Positions 1-10,058 of a stretch of DNA of 64,000 nucleotides are shown piece by piece. This stretch comes from a virus. Lineage: Duplodnaviria; Heunggongvirae; Uroviricota; Caudoviricetes. The position numbers and the translations under genes were made by a program. Position 1 is the stretch's first letter; each line of letters begins with the position of its first letter. The notes below the pieces were generated by a model that was not told the origin of the DNA, did not search any database, and saw only the letters and a program-made list of their open reading frames with translations. The stretch lies in IMG/VR virus record IMGVR_UViG_3300035670_000139. One strand, written 5' to 3'.

Positions 1-2
1 TA

Positions 3-1343
3 AATAAAAAAAAGTATTTAGAGAAGTTTGATATTTTACTTACTAGAAAAGAAAACTCTCTAGCAAGAATGCAAAATTATATTGAATGCCCTGATAAAAA
101 AATATATACAAAACATTTTATTAAGCGTAATGTATTATTAAATAATGTAAAGCACAATATTATTACATTGCCAAGAAATACAAAATATTACATTATTGAA
201 CAAAGATTACATCCAAGTGATTTAACGGCTTTTGTGTTAAATAAATTAAAAAACACAAAAGATAGTGATGGTAATCATGTAAAATATGTGTTATTAACAT
301 TTCCTTACGAAGTAGTAAATAATCCTTTAACTTTTCTAATTTACAAATTAAAAAAAGCCGTTTTTTATGAAGATGATAAGCCTCAATTTTTTACTTACAT
401 TGAAGATATTAAAAATATTACAAAACAACCTGGAACTTTTGAACAACCAAATTTTATAGATGATAGATTTACCATAGGAACAAGATTAGAAGTTTTAGGC
501 CCTAAGGGTATTCATGGTAGTTTATATCAAACAGAGTATTTATGCAACCCTGTATTAGAGACAAACAAACTAATTGACTATGAGCACTTTGGAGCTTATG
601 ACCCTAAATTATTTAGTGGGAATAATTTAGATAAAGCAGATAGAAAAACGACATGTTTTTTTATTACAACAGACTTTGCTTTAAGTGATTACAAGAAATC
701 AGATTCATCTGTTTTTTGTTTATGGGCTGTAACTGATAATAAACATAATAAAGATAAATATTTTAAAGACCCTAAATTATATTTAATTAATGCTAAAGTT
801 GCTAAAATTAATGAATCAGGGGCTTTAGTTAGTGAATTAATTGATTTTTACAAATCATGTGAATTATTGATACATAATAAAAAGTATTTTTCTTTAGTAG
901 CTAACAGAGCTATTAAACATGTATTAGCAGAAAAAAATGGTATTAACGCTACAATGTATAGACAATTAGAAGCAAACGCATACTTAGGAAGTAGGATGTA
1001 TATTGCAAAGTTTAGAAATAAATCTAAAAAAGATAGGTTATCTATTGCCACTGCTGCTATAGGTGATAGGATTAAACACTCTGTGTTTTTACCAAAAGAT
1101 TATTGCACTGATGTTTTTGGTAATGATTTACAAAAGATTTTAGACACATTATATTATGAATGTCTTGATTTTAATGTGACAAATAATTCACACGATGATA
1201 TTTTAGATAATGTCATAGATGCTGTAAATTATGTATTTAGTTATGATAAAGATATACATAGTCGTAGAGAAGGTTTAACAGAAGAGGATGCGTTAAGGCA
1301 ACTTGAAAGACTTAGGTTAGAAAATGAAGAAAATTCATATTAA
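3..1343 (+). CDS. terL: Large terminase subunit (TerL), C-terminal part; gene continues upstream of the window
   Basis: The reading frame is open from the window edge (NKKKYLEKFDILL...), so the true start lies upstream; the ORF track's first Met is at 69. The C-terminal half has an RNase-H-like terminase nuclease signature (TTCFFITTDFALSDYKKSDSSVFCLWAV = hhhhD.A...D...hhhh). It sits at the head of a head-morphogenesis module. Confidence 0.55.
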   Translation, partial: NKKKYLEKFDILLTRKENSLARMQNYIECPDKKIYTKHFIKRNVLLNNVKHNIITLPRNTKYYIIEQRLHPSDLTAFVLNKLKNTKDSDGNHVKYVLLTFPYEVVNNPLTFLIYKLKKAVFYEDDKPQFFTYIEDIKNITKQPGTFEQPNFIDDRFTIGTRLEVLGPKGIHGSLYQTEYLCNPVLETNKLIDYEHFGAYDPKLFSGNNLDKADRKTTCFFITTDFALSDYKKSDSSVFCLWAVTDNKHNKDKYFKDPKLYLINAKVAKINESGALVSELIDFYKSCELLIHNKKYFSLVANRAIKHVLAEKNGINATMYRQLEANAYLGSRMYIAKFRNKSKKDRLSIATAAIGDRIKHSVFLPKDYCTDVFGNDLQKILDTLYYECLDFNVTNNSHDDILDNVIDAVNYVFSYDKDIHSRREGLTEEDALRQLERLRLENEENSY

Positions 1344-1350
1344 TTTAATT

Positions 1351-1379
1351 CTTGACATTTTGAAAATTTTTTGGTAAGA
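1351..1379 (+). promoter_or_regulatory. Sigma70-like promoter: TTGACA, 17-nt spacer, TAAGAT
   Basis: -35 TTGACA at 1351-1356, a 17-nt spacer, and -10 TAAGAT at 1374-1379, in the intergenic region downstream of terL. A second TTGACA at 1466-1471 sits upstream of the nuclease gene. Confidence 0.45.
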
Positions 1380-1563
1380 TTTGGTTTATTGTTTTCAAAA
1401 TTACAAATGCTAAAAATTCTTTCATTATTTGATGGTATAAGTGCATTGCAAAGATAATTTTTTACTTGACATATTTACTATATATGTTAAATTTGATATG
1501 TAAGTAAAAAATGCTTATCAAGTAATAAGATAATATTTGCAATAAAATTTATAGTTACCGATT

Positions 1564-2061
1564 ATGACAAAATTTTTATATATCTTTACTAGTCTATTGA
1601 TGTCTGTTTTTTTCAATAAAATTGCTTTTGCTGAAAAAGTGCAAGTTGTAAAAATTGTAGATGGGGATACTTTTGATGTATTGTTTAAAGATAAAATTAT
1701 AAGAATTAGGCCTGTTTGTGCCGATGCTCCTGAAAGTTATCAAACTTTTCAAGGAATAAAAATAGGTAAAATGGCAACAAAAGAATTATCTAATTTATTG
1801 CCTTTAAATTCAATAATTGATATTATTCCACATTATAAAGATCATTATAAAAATGGGAATTATAGAGTTGTTGCAAGTGTTTATATTGGTGGCGTTAATA
1901 TTAGTCATTATTTAATACAAAATGGCTATGCTTATGCACATAAAACATTTTGCAGTAAGCAAGAAATAAATATGCAAATTGAGGCTCAAAAAGCAAAAAA
2001 AGGCTTATGGCAATACGGAGATTTTACAAATCCTATTTTTATTAAACATCCTACAAAATGA
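1564..2061 (+). CDS. Secreted thermonuclease (staphylococcal nuclease/SNase-like)
   Basis: N-terminal hydrophobic signal-like segment (LYIFTSLLMSVFFNKIAFA). SNase motifs VDGDTFDV ... IRPVCADAPE (compare VIDGDT / R..GIDAPE). 165 aa. Confidence 0.6.
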   Translation: MTKFLYIFTSLLMSVFFNKIAFAEKVQVVKIVDGDTFDVLFKDKIIRIRPVCADAPESYQTFQGIKIGKMATKELSNLLPLNSIIDIIPHYKDHYKNGNYRVVASVYIGGVNISHYLIQNGYAYAHKTFCSKQEINMQIEAQKAKKGLWQYGDFTNPIFIKHPTK

Positions 2062-2513
2062 AAATAATATATCCTGATAACTTTACTGAAGATGATGTTT
2101 TTCATAACGAAACAACAACTAAAAAACGAGGATTAGGTGGTGAAGATAAAATACATAAAGATTTTTCTAGAACGCTACAGCAATATGAAGCTTACAATCA
2201 AACTAATATTTTATGTTGGTCATATATTGCCAGTGGCGAACATAGAAATAAAATTACTGCAAATTTACTAAAAGCAAAAGGAGTTAAAAGAGGCTGGGGA
2301 GATTATGTTATTTTAAGCGATACTGATAATACTGGGATTGTGCATGTGATATTTATAGAGTTTAAATATGGTAAAAACAAGCAAAGTGAATATCAAGTAA
2401 ATTTTCAAAGTAATTTACAACAATCCCAATGTTTAAATGTGCATTATCAAGTATGTTATTCAGTAGATGATGCAATAGAATATCTAAAAATGCTTGGGGC
2501 TATAAAATGCTAA
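2058..2513 (+). CDS. VRR-NUC domain nuclease (PD-(D/E)xK fold)
   Basis: Motif GWGDYVIL...HVIFIEFKYGKNKQSEYQ matches the VRR-NUC pattern G.PD....h..EhK......Q. Start overlaps the upstream gene by 4 nt (operon). Confidence 0.5.
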   Translation: MKIIYPDNFTEDDVFHNETTTKKRGLGGEDKIHKDFSRTLQQYEAYNQTNILCWSYIASGEHRNKITANLLKAKGVKRGWGDYVILSDTDNTGIVHVIFIEFKYGKNKQSEYQVNFQSNLQQSQCLNVHYQVCYSVDDAIEYLKMLGAIKC

Positions 2514-4279
2514 GTGTTGCCTGAAAGTAAAGTTTTATTGTTTTGAGTAGGTAAGTTGTTTAAATTTCTTCTATCAGCATAAATTTCAAAATCTTCTTTA
2601 GTTGGCTCTGGAATTAAATCTAGTATTTCAATTGCATCAGCTTTAGACCTTAGCATTAAAGCACTTGTGCCTTTACTAATTTGACCTCTTTCCCATATTT
2701 TACTAACCATTTCAATTTCATTTTTTACTGTCGGCCCATATTTTGAACTATCTAATGTAATTAATTGGTCATCATATTTTTTACCACCAACTGCCTTACA
2801 TAAGTTAGTTAATGGGTCTAATAAAATTACTTGAATTTTACCTTGTGTTCTTTCAAAGTTTTCAGTATTATACTGAGTAGCATTATTTGAATATTGTGCT
2901 TTTTGAGAAAGTGAGTTAGCAGATGTTGTTCCTGTAAATACTAAAATAGCCTCATCTAATTGCTTAATAGTTTCATTTCTATCTTGTTGTGTTAAAGTGC
3001 TAGGAATTTGCAATCCTTTAAAAGTATGCCCATCTATGTATGCCCCAGCAATAGGAGTTGTGTTTTCTGAGGTATTGTTAAAAGTATTAACAATACCTTT
3101 TACATATTCTTTTGTGACATTATCTAAAGTGTCTAAATTTACTGAACTTTCAATATTTGGTATTGGTTCAAGGCTTAAAATAGTATTTGGCATGCCATTT
3201 GTATTTGCTGTTCTACGAGATGATGAATGAAACTCATTTGCAGCTAAAATTGTATTAATAATTGCAAAGAATGGGCTAATGCAATTAGTATAAAATGCAA
3301 GATCATTTCTATAAGAAGGAGACATTGTTGGTAGTGGGACATTATTAGTATTATTAGATAATATCCATTGCATTGTTTGTTCATAACCCCATTTACTATC
3401 ATGGTTAAATGATTTAATATCTACCTCTCTTTGTTGAGCTTTACTGTTTGTTCTTTCTTGAGCTAAAATTTGACTATAGAGATCTTTATCTGGATTACTT
3501 ACATAAAACAAAATTTTAACTTTACCCATCTCTTCTCTAATGTAATTAGACATAGCATCGGTGCCTGTTATGTTTTCTCTTCGTTCTATATTTACTGGGT
3601 CAAATGGATTGTATATGTAAAACTCATCATTGATTTCATTTATTACTTTTGGTTTTTCTGTTAAATTATATTTTTTAAATAAAGCATCATCATTAACCAC
3701 CTCACTTGCTAACATTTTTCTTGATGTATTAACAAATCTTATTGGTTGATTATTAAGCTTACTTAATTTAATATCTAAATTACTTAATTGAAAAAATCGA
3801 ATATTATTATCTGTGTTATTTGTATTAATTGCACCCAATGTAATTTCGGTTGGCACATCTATATATGTTACTTCCGCATTGTCTATACTGAAAATATTAT
3901 TTGTATCAAAAGAAAAAACCATAGAGGCAAAACCATCAAAGAAATATTCTTTAATAAATTTATCTAATAATTGTTTTCTACTTATAATAAAAGGCACACA
4001 ATTAGGTTTTGCTATTCTTTTTAAAACATTATATAGTAATCCAGCATTAACTTCTGGATCTGCTTTACCTTTTATAGACGATTTAACTTTAATTTCATAA
4101 TTTTCTAGTTGGTTTGTTATATTTGTAACAGCTAAATTAGCTGGTTTATTAATTTTAATATGGTCTTTATAATATATTGGGGCAGATGCAGTTGTTTGAT
4201 TTATTGTTGCCGATGGTAATGTGGATGTTTGTTTTTCTGATGAATTATATTTCCCAGCGACATTAGAAAGTATTGCCAT
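2510..4279 (-). CDS. Hypothetical 589-aa protein on the strand opposite to the head genes; function unknown, portal not excluded
   Basis: Long uninterrupted ORF in ~28% GC DNA. Asn-rich like the rest of the proteome. No recognisable motif. Confidence 0.55.
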   Translation of the reverse strand: MAILSNVAGKYNSSEKQTSTLPSATINQTTASAPIYYKDHIKINKPANLAVTNITNQLENYEIKVKSSIKGKADPEVNAGLLYNVLKRIAKPNCVPFIISRKQLLDKFIKEYFFDGFASMVFSFDTNNIFSIDNAEVTYIDVPTEITLGAINTNNTDNNIRFFQLSNLDIKLSKLNNQPIRFVNTSRKMLASEVVNDDALFKKYNLTEKPKVINEINDEFYIYNPFDPVNIERRENITGTDAMSNYIREEMGKVKILFYVSNPDKDLYSQILAQERTNSKAQQREVDIKSFNHDSKWGYEQTMQWILSNNTNNVPLPTMSPSYRNDLAFYTNCISPFFAIINTILAANEFHSSSRRTANTNGMPNTILSLEPIPNIESSVNLDTLDNVTKEYVKGIVNTFNNTSENTTPIAGAYIDGHTFKGLQIPSTLTQQDRNETIKQLDEAILVFTGTTSANSLSQKAQYSNNATQYNTENFERTQGKIQVILLDPLTNLCKAVGGKKYDDQLITLDSSKYGPTVKNEIEMVSKIWERGQISKGTSALMLRSKADAIEILDLIPEPTKEDFEIYADRRNLNNLPTQNNKTLLSGNT

Positions 4280-4295
4280 TTTTTTAAAAAAAATA

Positions 4296-4341
4296 TTGAC
4301 TTTTATTTTTAATTGTATAATCTTTTAAAGTAAAAGTCAAG
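4296..4341. promoter_or_regulatory. Divergent overlapping promoter pair
   Basis: Plus strand: TTGACT 4296-4301 with TGTATAAT 4314-4321 (short 14-nt spacer). Minus strand: TTGACT (reverse complement of 4335-4340), 17-nt spacer, TACAAT (reverse complement of 4312-4317), upstream of the minus-strand ORF that starts at 4279. Confidence 0.35.
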
Positions 4342-4358
4342 AATTATTTAGAAAGATA

Positions 4359-5462
4359 ATGGTAAATACTATAGCAACGGATAATAAGCCTTTAGAAGGC
4401 AAGATTACAAGCTATATTTCGGTTTTTAACATTAGAGATGTAAAAGGCGATATTGTTACAGACACGGCTTTTGATAGCACTTGGTCGTATTTACAAAATA
4501 GAATCGCCACAGGTAAAATGTATGTTCATTGGAACCATTATAATAATGATAATTATATTAGCAATATTGGCGTTATTATTGCAATTATAAAAAATGCAAG
4601 AGGTTTAGTAGCAACAATTCAATTAAATGAAAAAGGTAAATCTATAATGCCTTTATTATATATGAAATATAATGCTAAACAATTGTTTAGTTCCATAGAA
4701 TTTATGCTATCACAAAATGCAAAAACACAAAACATTAATAATACTAGATATATCATAGACGGTATTTTATTAGAAGGTATTGCATTATTAACAGATCCAG
4801 CTAACAAACAGGCTACAGTATTGCAATTTAAAAATGATAAAAATAATATTGAAACTATTTGTAATCAAAATCCTATGATGGAGTATAAATCTGATAATGA
4901 AATTGAAATTAATGTAAATATTAATAGCCCTAAAGAAGAGGAGACAAATTGCGAAACTGATGTTAGTGAAGAAAATAATGTTAGTGAAGATACTATGGAT
5001 GAAATTGATGTAAATCAACAAAATTTTGATGAAACTATTAGATGTCTACAACAATCTAAAATTTTGATTAAAAATAGTAGTAATATTTCTGAGGAAGAAA
5101 AAGGTTTATATATTAATCGTGTTAATAGACTTAGAAAAAATTTAACAAGAACAATTGAACCAGATATTGAAGAAAAAGGATATGGAAAAAAGAAAATGCT
5201 TACAAAAAGCTGTGGTAATAAGAAAAAAATGCTACAAAAATCTGCATTATCAGCACTTGAAACAAAAAGTGCAAAAAATATTAAAAAAAATCTTGACAAA
5301 CAAAATAATGTATGTCAAACTTTAAATACTAGTGCATCGTTGCTATCTGCAACAGATGCCAGTAATGCCGACAGCGGGCATACCGCTGTACCTTCTAGCA
5401 GTAGAGACGCTGTATTGAAAGTTCACCCATTAACTGCACTTTCAAAATTTTATAAAAAATAA
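4359..5462 (+). CDS. Prohead maturation protease (HK97/U35 family) with an acidic coiled-coil scaffold-like C-terminal half
   Basis: N-terminus EGKITSYISVFNIRDVKGDIVTDTAFDS matches the HK97 prohead protease signature (GYASVFN..D..GD.I..GAF). The C-terminal 150 aa is acidic and coiled-coil (EEETNCETDVSEENNVSED...). The major capsid candidate lies immediately downstream. Confidence 0.6.
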   Translation: MVNTIATDNKPLEGKITSYISVFNIRDVKGDIVTDTAFDSTWSYLQNRIATGKMYVHWNHYNNDNYISNIGVIIAIIKNARGLVATIQLNEKGKSIMPLLYMKYNAKQLFSSIEFMLSQNAKTQNINNTRYIIDGILLEGIALLTDPANKQATVLQFKNDKNNIETICNQNPMMEYKSDNEIEINVNINSPKEEETNCETDVSEENNVSEDTMDEIDVNQQNFDETIRCLQQSKILIKNSSNISEEEKGLYINRVNRLRKNLTRTIEPDIEEKGYGKKKMLTKSCGNKKKMLQKSALSALETKSAKNIKKNLDKQNNVCQTLNTSASLLSATDASNADSGHTAVPSSSRDAVLKVHPLTALSKFYKK

Positions 5463-5483
5463 ATAATATTTTTAATTTAAAAA

Positions 5484-7541
5484 ATGTCTGATAAAACTGC
5501 TGACGTGACACAACCAACTCAAGATGAGATTGTTAATTCTGTAGCTGCAATTACTAAAGAATCTGCAACTGCAATTGCTGGAGCGATTAAAGAAGTTCTT
5601 GATGTGGAAAAAACAAAACAAGAACTTGAAAAAGAAAAAGAAGAAATTGAAAAAGCAAAACAAGAACTTGCAGAAAAAGAAGCTGCAATTAAAAAAGCAG
5701 AGGAAGATAGAGCAAATGACATAGCTGCTGCAAAAAATTTAGAAACAAAAGGTGCTGGTGCTACTATTGCTGGTGGCGGAGAGTCAGTTGAGATTAATCC
5801 TATTTTACTATCTGCATTACAAGAAGCAGAAGAAGCTGAAAGAGTTTTTATTGCTGATTTAAATGAGGGTTCTGGTAATCAATTTTTTACAAAAGGAGCT
5901 AAACCATCTATTAAATCATTTTTTGCTAATATAACAGCAGATGGCACAATAGTAACAAAAGATAATATTAACGAAATTAACCAATATTTTCAACCAACAA
6001 AGATTGAAGACCTCAAAGAAATGAAACAATTTGTTGAAAAAAAAGAAAACAAATTAGAATATAAATCTGCATCTGATATAGCGTTTTTAAAAGCTAATAA
6101 AAATATTGATGTTGCTGTTCCAAGTCTTGAAATTACAAATTATAATTCTAAAGATGAAAATCATTTAGGAAAATATGTTTTACAACCAAAAATAGAGGTA
6201 AAATCTGATGGACTTACACCAAATGTCATGTCAACAAACAACTCTGTAGTTGCTTTATATAGAACACAAAGAAAAGTTGTATTGCCAGCATTACCAATAG
6301 ATGAATATAGTGATAGAAGTCCGTTATGGGATTTTATACCTGAAATAGAAATTGATAGAGTGAGTGGTGAAGACTTTGAGAGACCATTAACTGTTTCTTT
6401 GCAAGAACTTAGAAGAAAAAAAATTCCCTTTAATCAACCATCTTCAGATAAAACGGAATTTAGCGGATATAAATTTACAGCAATAGATACTGTATATGCT
6501 AAGGCAAATGAGACATTTCAATTAGCTAGAATTTATAATCTATGCTCTTTTACTCCAGATATTATTAGAAGAATGAGAGCAACTGGGACAATAGATCCAA
6601 AATTCAAAGAGGATATGAAACAAGAAATGACTATTGCATTAGACCAAAGAATGCGTAATAACATTTTATCACCTGGTAGAGTAATGGATTGGATAGAAAA
6701 CCCAGCATGGCAAAAATTATCTCAAGCACAAGTTCAAGGTATGTTTGCTCCTTATATTGGTTCTAAAGATGAACCATTTGATATATCAATGCCTTCATGG
6801 CAAAAAAATAGATACTTTAGGGAAGTTCAAGGTGGTCAAGATTTTGATGAATCTGGATACAATGTTACTGCAACTGGTGCAACTGGGCAAAATGTTTTCA
6901 ATCCAGAAACAGTAGGTCAGCAAGGAACCTTAGTAAATCCTAAAGATATTCCATGTATGTTTAATGATTTAGACCAATTATTAAGAGCTATTAAAAATTC
7001 TGTGCCAGAAATTTCTGCTAGCGTTATTGGACAAGGAATGCCTGTAATATTGTTACCAGAAACTCTTTTCAATCCTTTAATACTTAATCAAAAATATAAA
7101 CTGATTGGTAATGATGGTCAAAAAACAGTGTTTGGTGATGGTTATGGTAATTACACTAACAATATGTTGACTATTTTTATTACTTCTACATTAGGTTATA
7201 AATTTATAGGCATACCAGATAGATTCTTCCCAAATTGTTTTTATACTGCTAAAAATGAGAATGGGACAACTGAAGGGGTTGATAGTGGCAAAATACTTGC
7301 AGTTAGTGGTCGTATTTTAAGAAAAAATGCTGTATATGCTTATTTTGGTAATATGTCAAATTTAGGTTATATTGTTAAAAGCAAATACCCAACTAACTTA
7401 ATTAACCCAACTGAATCAGATTTGCAATGGCTAGACCCTGAAGATACATTGAAAGAGGTTAAAATATTTAGAATTGAAAAAGAATATCAATTTATACCTG
7501 GTGCAAGACAAAGAATATTCCAAATTAAAGCACCAGCATAA
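5484..7541 (+). CDS. Major capsid protein candidate (HK97-fold) with an N-terminal coiled-coil delta/scaffold domain
   Basis: Immediately follows the prohead protease. The N-terminal ~110 aa is a charged coiled coil (KTKQELEKEKEEIEKAKQELAEKEAAIKKAEE) followed by a Gly-rich linker, typical of MCP delta domains. 685 aa. Confidence 0.5.
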   Translation: MSDKTADVTQPTQDEIVNSVAAITKESATAIAGAIKEVLDVEKTKQELEKEKEEIEKAKQELAEKEAAIKKAEEDRANDIAAAKNLETKGAGATIAGGGESVEINPILLSALQEAEEAERVFIADLNEGSGNQFFTKGAKPSIKSFFANITADGTIVTKDNINEINQYFQPTKIEDLKEMKQFVEKKENKLEYKSASDIAFLKANKNIDVAVPSLEITNYNSKDENHLGKYVLQPKIEVKSDGLTPNVMSTNNSVVALYRTQRKVVLPALPIDEYSDRSPLWDFIPEIEIDRVSGEDFERPLTVSLQELRRKKIPFNQPSSDKTEFSGYKFTAIDTVYAKANETFQLARIYNLCSFTPDIIRRMRATGTIDPKFKEDMKQEMTIALDQRMRNNILSPGRVMDWIENPAWQKLSQAQVQGMFAPYIGSKDEPFDISMPSWQKNRYFREVQGGQDFDESGYNVTATGATGQNVFNPETVGQQGTLVNPKDIPCMFNDLDQLLRAIKNSVPEISASVIGQGMPVILLPETLFNPLILNQKYKLIGNDGQKTVFGDGYGNYTNNMLTIFITSTLGYKFIGIPDRFFPNCFYTAKNENGTTEGVDSGKILAVSGRILRKNAVYAYFGNMSNLGYIVKSKYPTNLINPTESDLQWLDPEDTLKEVKIFRIEKEYQFIPGARQRIFQIKAPA

Positions 7542-7587
7542 TTTTGAAGTTTATAATATTTTTTATTTTTATTTTTTTTTATAGAAT

Positions 7588-8202
7588 ATGGAAAACCAAA
7601 TTCTTGATATTACCAGCAATGGTAGATTTGTGCCTTATTTAATTGACCCAGCAGTTTTATTGTCAAATAAAGCTGTCACTAGTGCAACTAGTGTAAGAGT
7701 TGATAATGCACTTAAAATAGATATTAAAGCTATATTTCCTATAATTCAATTCCATGTAAGCGGTCTTACTGTTAATGATATTGTAGAAATAGATAAAATT
7801 GATTTTTATTACAATCCATCAGATGCTGGGGCTTTTACAAATAAACTTGCTGATTTAACAATATCTGCAACTTCTATATATAAAGAAAACTTGCAAGCAA
7901 GAAGTTTTACAAGTGGTTATTTAGATGCGTTTGATCAAGTAAAAATTAGTAATGTTAGTGGCTCAGTTATTAAAATTTTTGATTTTAAAGTCGCATATAA
8001 CGATTTAGGAGCAAAAGTGACTAACTATACCAAAGGACAAGCATTAAGTTTTTATGCAGTTCCTTATTTTAAGTTTAGTCGTGTTGCTGGTAGTAGCGGA
8101 ACAGCAAATATTACAATTAACTCGGTAAGTGGTATGTATCCTACTATTAACGGTGGTGTTGCAAAAAAAGCTTATTCTTTGCCGATTACATCTATTGCAT
8201 AA
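7588..8202 (+). CDS. Hypothetical virion protein (beta-rich; possibly head decoration)
   Basis: ORF located directly after the MCP candidate. Confidence 0.45.
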   Translation: MENQILDITSNGRFVPYLIDPAVLLSNKAVTSATSVRVDNALKIDIKAIFPIIQFHVSGLTVNDIVEIDKIDFYYNPSDAGAFTNKLADLTISATSIYKENLQARSFTSGYLDAFDQVKISNVSGSVIKIFDFKVAYNDLGAKVTNYTKGQALSFYAVPYFKFSRVAGSSGTANITINSVSGMYPTINGGVAKKAYSLPITSIA

Positions 8203-8216
8203 TTTATTTTATAAAA

Positions 8217-8804
8217 ATGACAAACATAATATATAAATCTCCAGTTGGTAGCAAAGGTAATATATCTGAAAGACTACCATCTGATATGCAACATTTACAA
8301 TCAGTTATAACACAATCTTATTTTAAAGAATTATCTGAAAAAATAGAAAAGGTTAATAACATTGAAGATGTAATATATTTTGTGACTAATACATTTTATA
8401 ATGAATATTTTGACTTAACAACTCAAGAGGTAAATTATCCTATTGTAGAAGATGCAGTAATTGGCTTAGTTGCTAACGAACCTCAAGTTGTTGCAGATGA
8501 ACCTCAAGTTGTTGCAGATGAACCTCAAGTTGTTGCAGATGAACCTCAAGTTCAAGATGAACCTCAAGTTCAAGATGAACCTCAAGTTCAAGATGAACCT
8601 CAAGTTGTTGCAGATGATACTCAGGTTAAAAGATATGTTATTATTGGTAAAATTAACAAAAATATGTTAGTAGAAAATGCTAATGTTGAAATCAATAATG
8701 AGTATGATGAAAATGAAATTAAATCAATTTTAAAAAACATTGCAAACTTACCAAGTTTGATTGAAAATAAAAAAATACAAGAAAAGATTTTAGAGGTAAA
8801 ATAA
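8217..8804 (+). CDS. Hypothetical protein with in-frame EPQVVAD / EPQVQD tandem repeats
   Basis: 195-aa ORF. The central section is 4x EPQVVAD plus 3x EPQVQD, encoded by 21- and 18-bp DNA tandem units. Confidence 0.5.
   Translation: MTNIIYKSPVGSKGNISERLPSDMQHLQSVITQSYFKELSEKIEKVNNIEDVIYFVTNTFYNEYFDLTTQEVNYPIVEDAVIGLVANEPQVVADEPQVVADEPQVVADEPQVQDEPQVQDEPQVQDEPQVVADDTQVKRYVIIGKINKNMLVENANVEINNEYDENEIKSILKNIANLPSLIENKKIQEKILEVK
8478..8615 (+). repeat. Tandem repeat array (21-bp units x4 interleaved with 18-bp units x3)
   Basis: gaacctcaagttgttgcagat x3, then gaacctcaagttcaagat x3, then gaacctcaagttgttgcagat. In-frame coding repeat. Confidence 0.9.
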
Positions 8805-9622
8805 TGGATAGTTGCAACAATCCTAATATTTTATATACATCATTTTCCAACGATGAACAAAGTATTATTGTTTCAAGAAATACTGTTTTAAGTGATGCTA
8901 CAAAAAATCTGTTTGTTACTTATATGCAGCAAACAGAACAGGAATTTACTTCAGATGGTTCTAGTGCTGAAATATCAAGATTTAAAGATAAAATTCTTGA
9001 AGCTATAGAAGACTTTACACTAGACACTAATTACATTATCCTTGATACATTATATAGGACTTCTGTTAAGTTTAATAAAAAAGCTGTTAGCCAATTTCCT
9101 TTTGGCGTTACAGACCCTTATAATTTTCAAATTACAATTAGTAGTAATTCATTATGTCAACCACAGGACATAATCACTATAAGTAAATTACAACCAGTGG
9201 TAATAGAACAATGGAATGTAAGAGATATTGCAAGCTTTACATATACCGATTATTCTACAAAAGAAAGTAAAACAATAGATGTTGCAACAAAGATTAATTT
9301 TGATGCAGGCATTACAAAAAGAACATTTCCACATCTTGCATTAAAAGATAGTAGTATTACAATTGCTAATTCTTACAATAATAAAGCTTTAGTTGACATC
9401 CAATATAATGCTGGTTATGTCAATAATATTTTAACAACATTACCAGAAGATATTTTAAGATGTATATCATTTTCTGCTTGGCAAAGGTATAGAATGCTTA
9501 TGAATGATTGTGCTGATAGATATAGCTTAGAAATCATTGACATTAAAAATAAATATATTACAACTTTACCTAAGAAGATTAGTAATAGTTTTGTTTATAT
9601 TACCAACAATGGGGCTTCCTAG
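8804..9622 (+). CDS. Hypothetical head/neck protein
   Basis: 272-aa ORF in the structural block; start coupled to the stop of the upstream gene. Confidence 0.5.
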   Translation: MDSCNNPNILYTSFSNDEQSIIVSRNTVLSDATKNLFVTYMQQTEQEFTSDGSSAEISRFKDKILEAIEDFTLDTNYIILDTLYRTSVKFNKKAVSQFPFGVTDPYNFQITISSNSLCQPQDIITISKLQPVVIEQWNVRDIASFTYTDYSTKESKTIDVATKINFDAGITKRTFPHLALKDSSITIANSYNNKALVDIQYNAGYVNNILTTLPEDILRCISFSAWQRYRMLMNDCADRYSLEIIDIKNKYITTLPKKISNSFVYITNNGAS

Positions 9623-10058
9623 AAAAATGCTGTGCGTCAAACCAGTTATACCAAGTAATAATTTTAAAAGTGTAAATTTTTATAAAGGCATAGCTCAAAT
9701 TGGAGATAATAAAAATTACACTAACAATAGCTACACATTATTAAAAAGCAATGTAAAGGTGATTGTTAAAGATAATATAAGCTTTACAACAAAAGCAACT
9801 ATGATAGATAGAAGTCAAAATACATCAGTAGTAGCTAAAGAAATTATTTTACAAAATTTTACAATTGATAACATATACCAGTTTTTAGCTAGCAATAAAA
9901 GATGTTTGTATGTTAAGCTTTATCAAGAGTTATACGAGGTTATAGAATTTACAACATTAACTAGCATTAAAATAAATGGTCAAACATATAACGCAGTTGG
10001 CGATAAGCCATTTTATCAATTATCATTAGCATTTAAACAATATGACTTTCAAGGTTAG
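9609..10058 (+). CDS. Hypothetical protein (start adjusted to an internal ATG to limit overlap)
   Basis: The ORF track starts at 9537, overlapping the upstream gene by 86 nt. ATG at 9609 (MGLPRKML...) gives only a 14-nt overlap. Confidence 0.4.
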   Translation: MGLPRKMLCVKPVIPSNNFKSVNFYKGIAQIGDNKNYTNNSYTLLKSNVKVIVKDNISFTTKATMIDRSQNTSVVAKEIILQNFTIDNIYQFLASNKRCLYVKLYQELYEVIEFTTLTSIKINGQTYNAVGDKPFYQLSLAFKQYDFQG

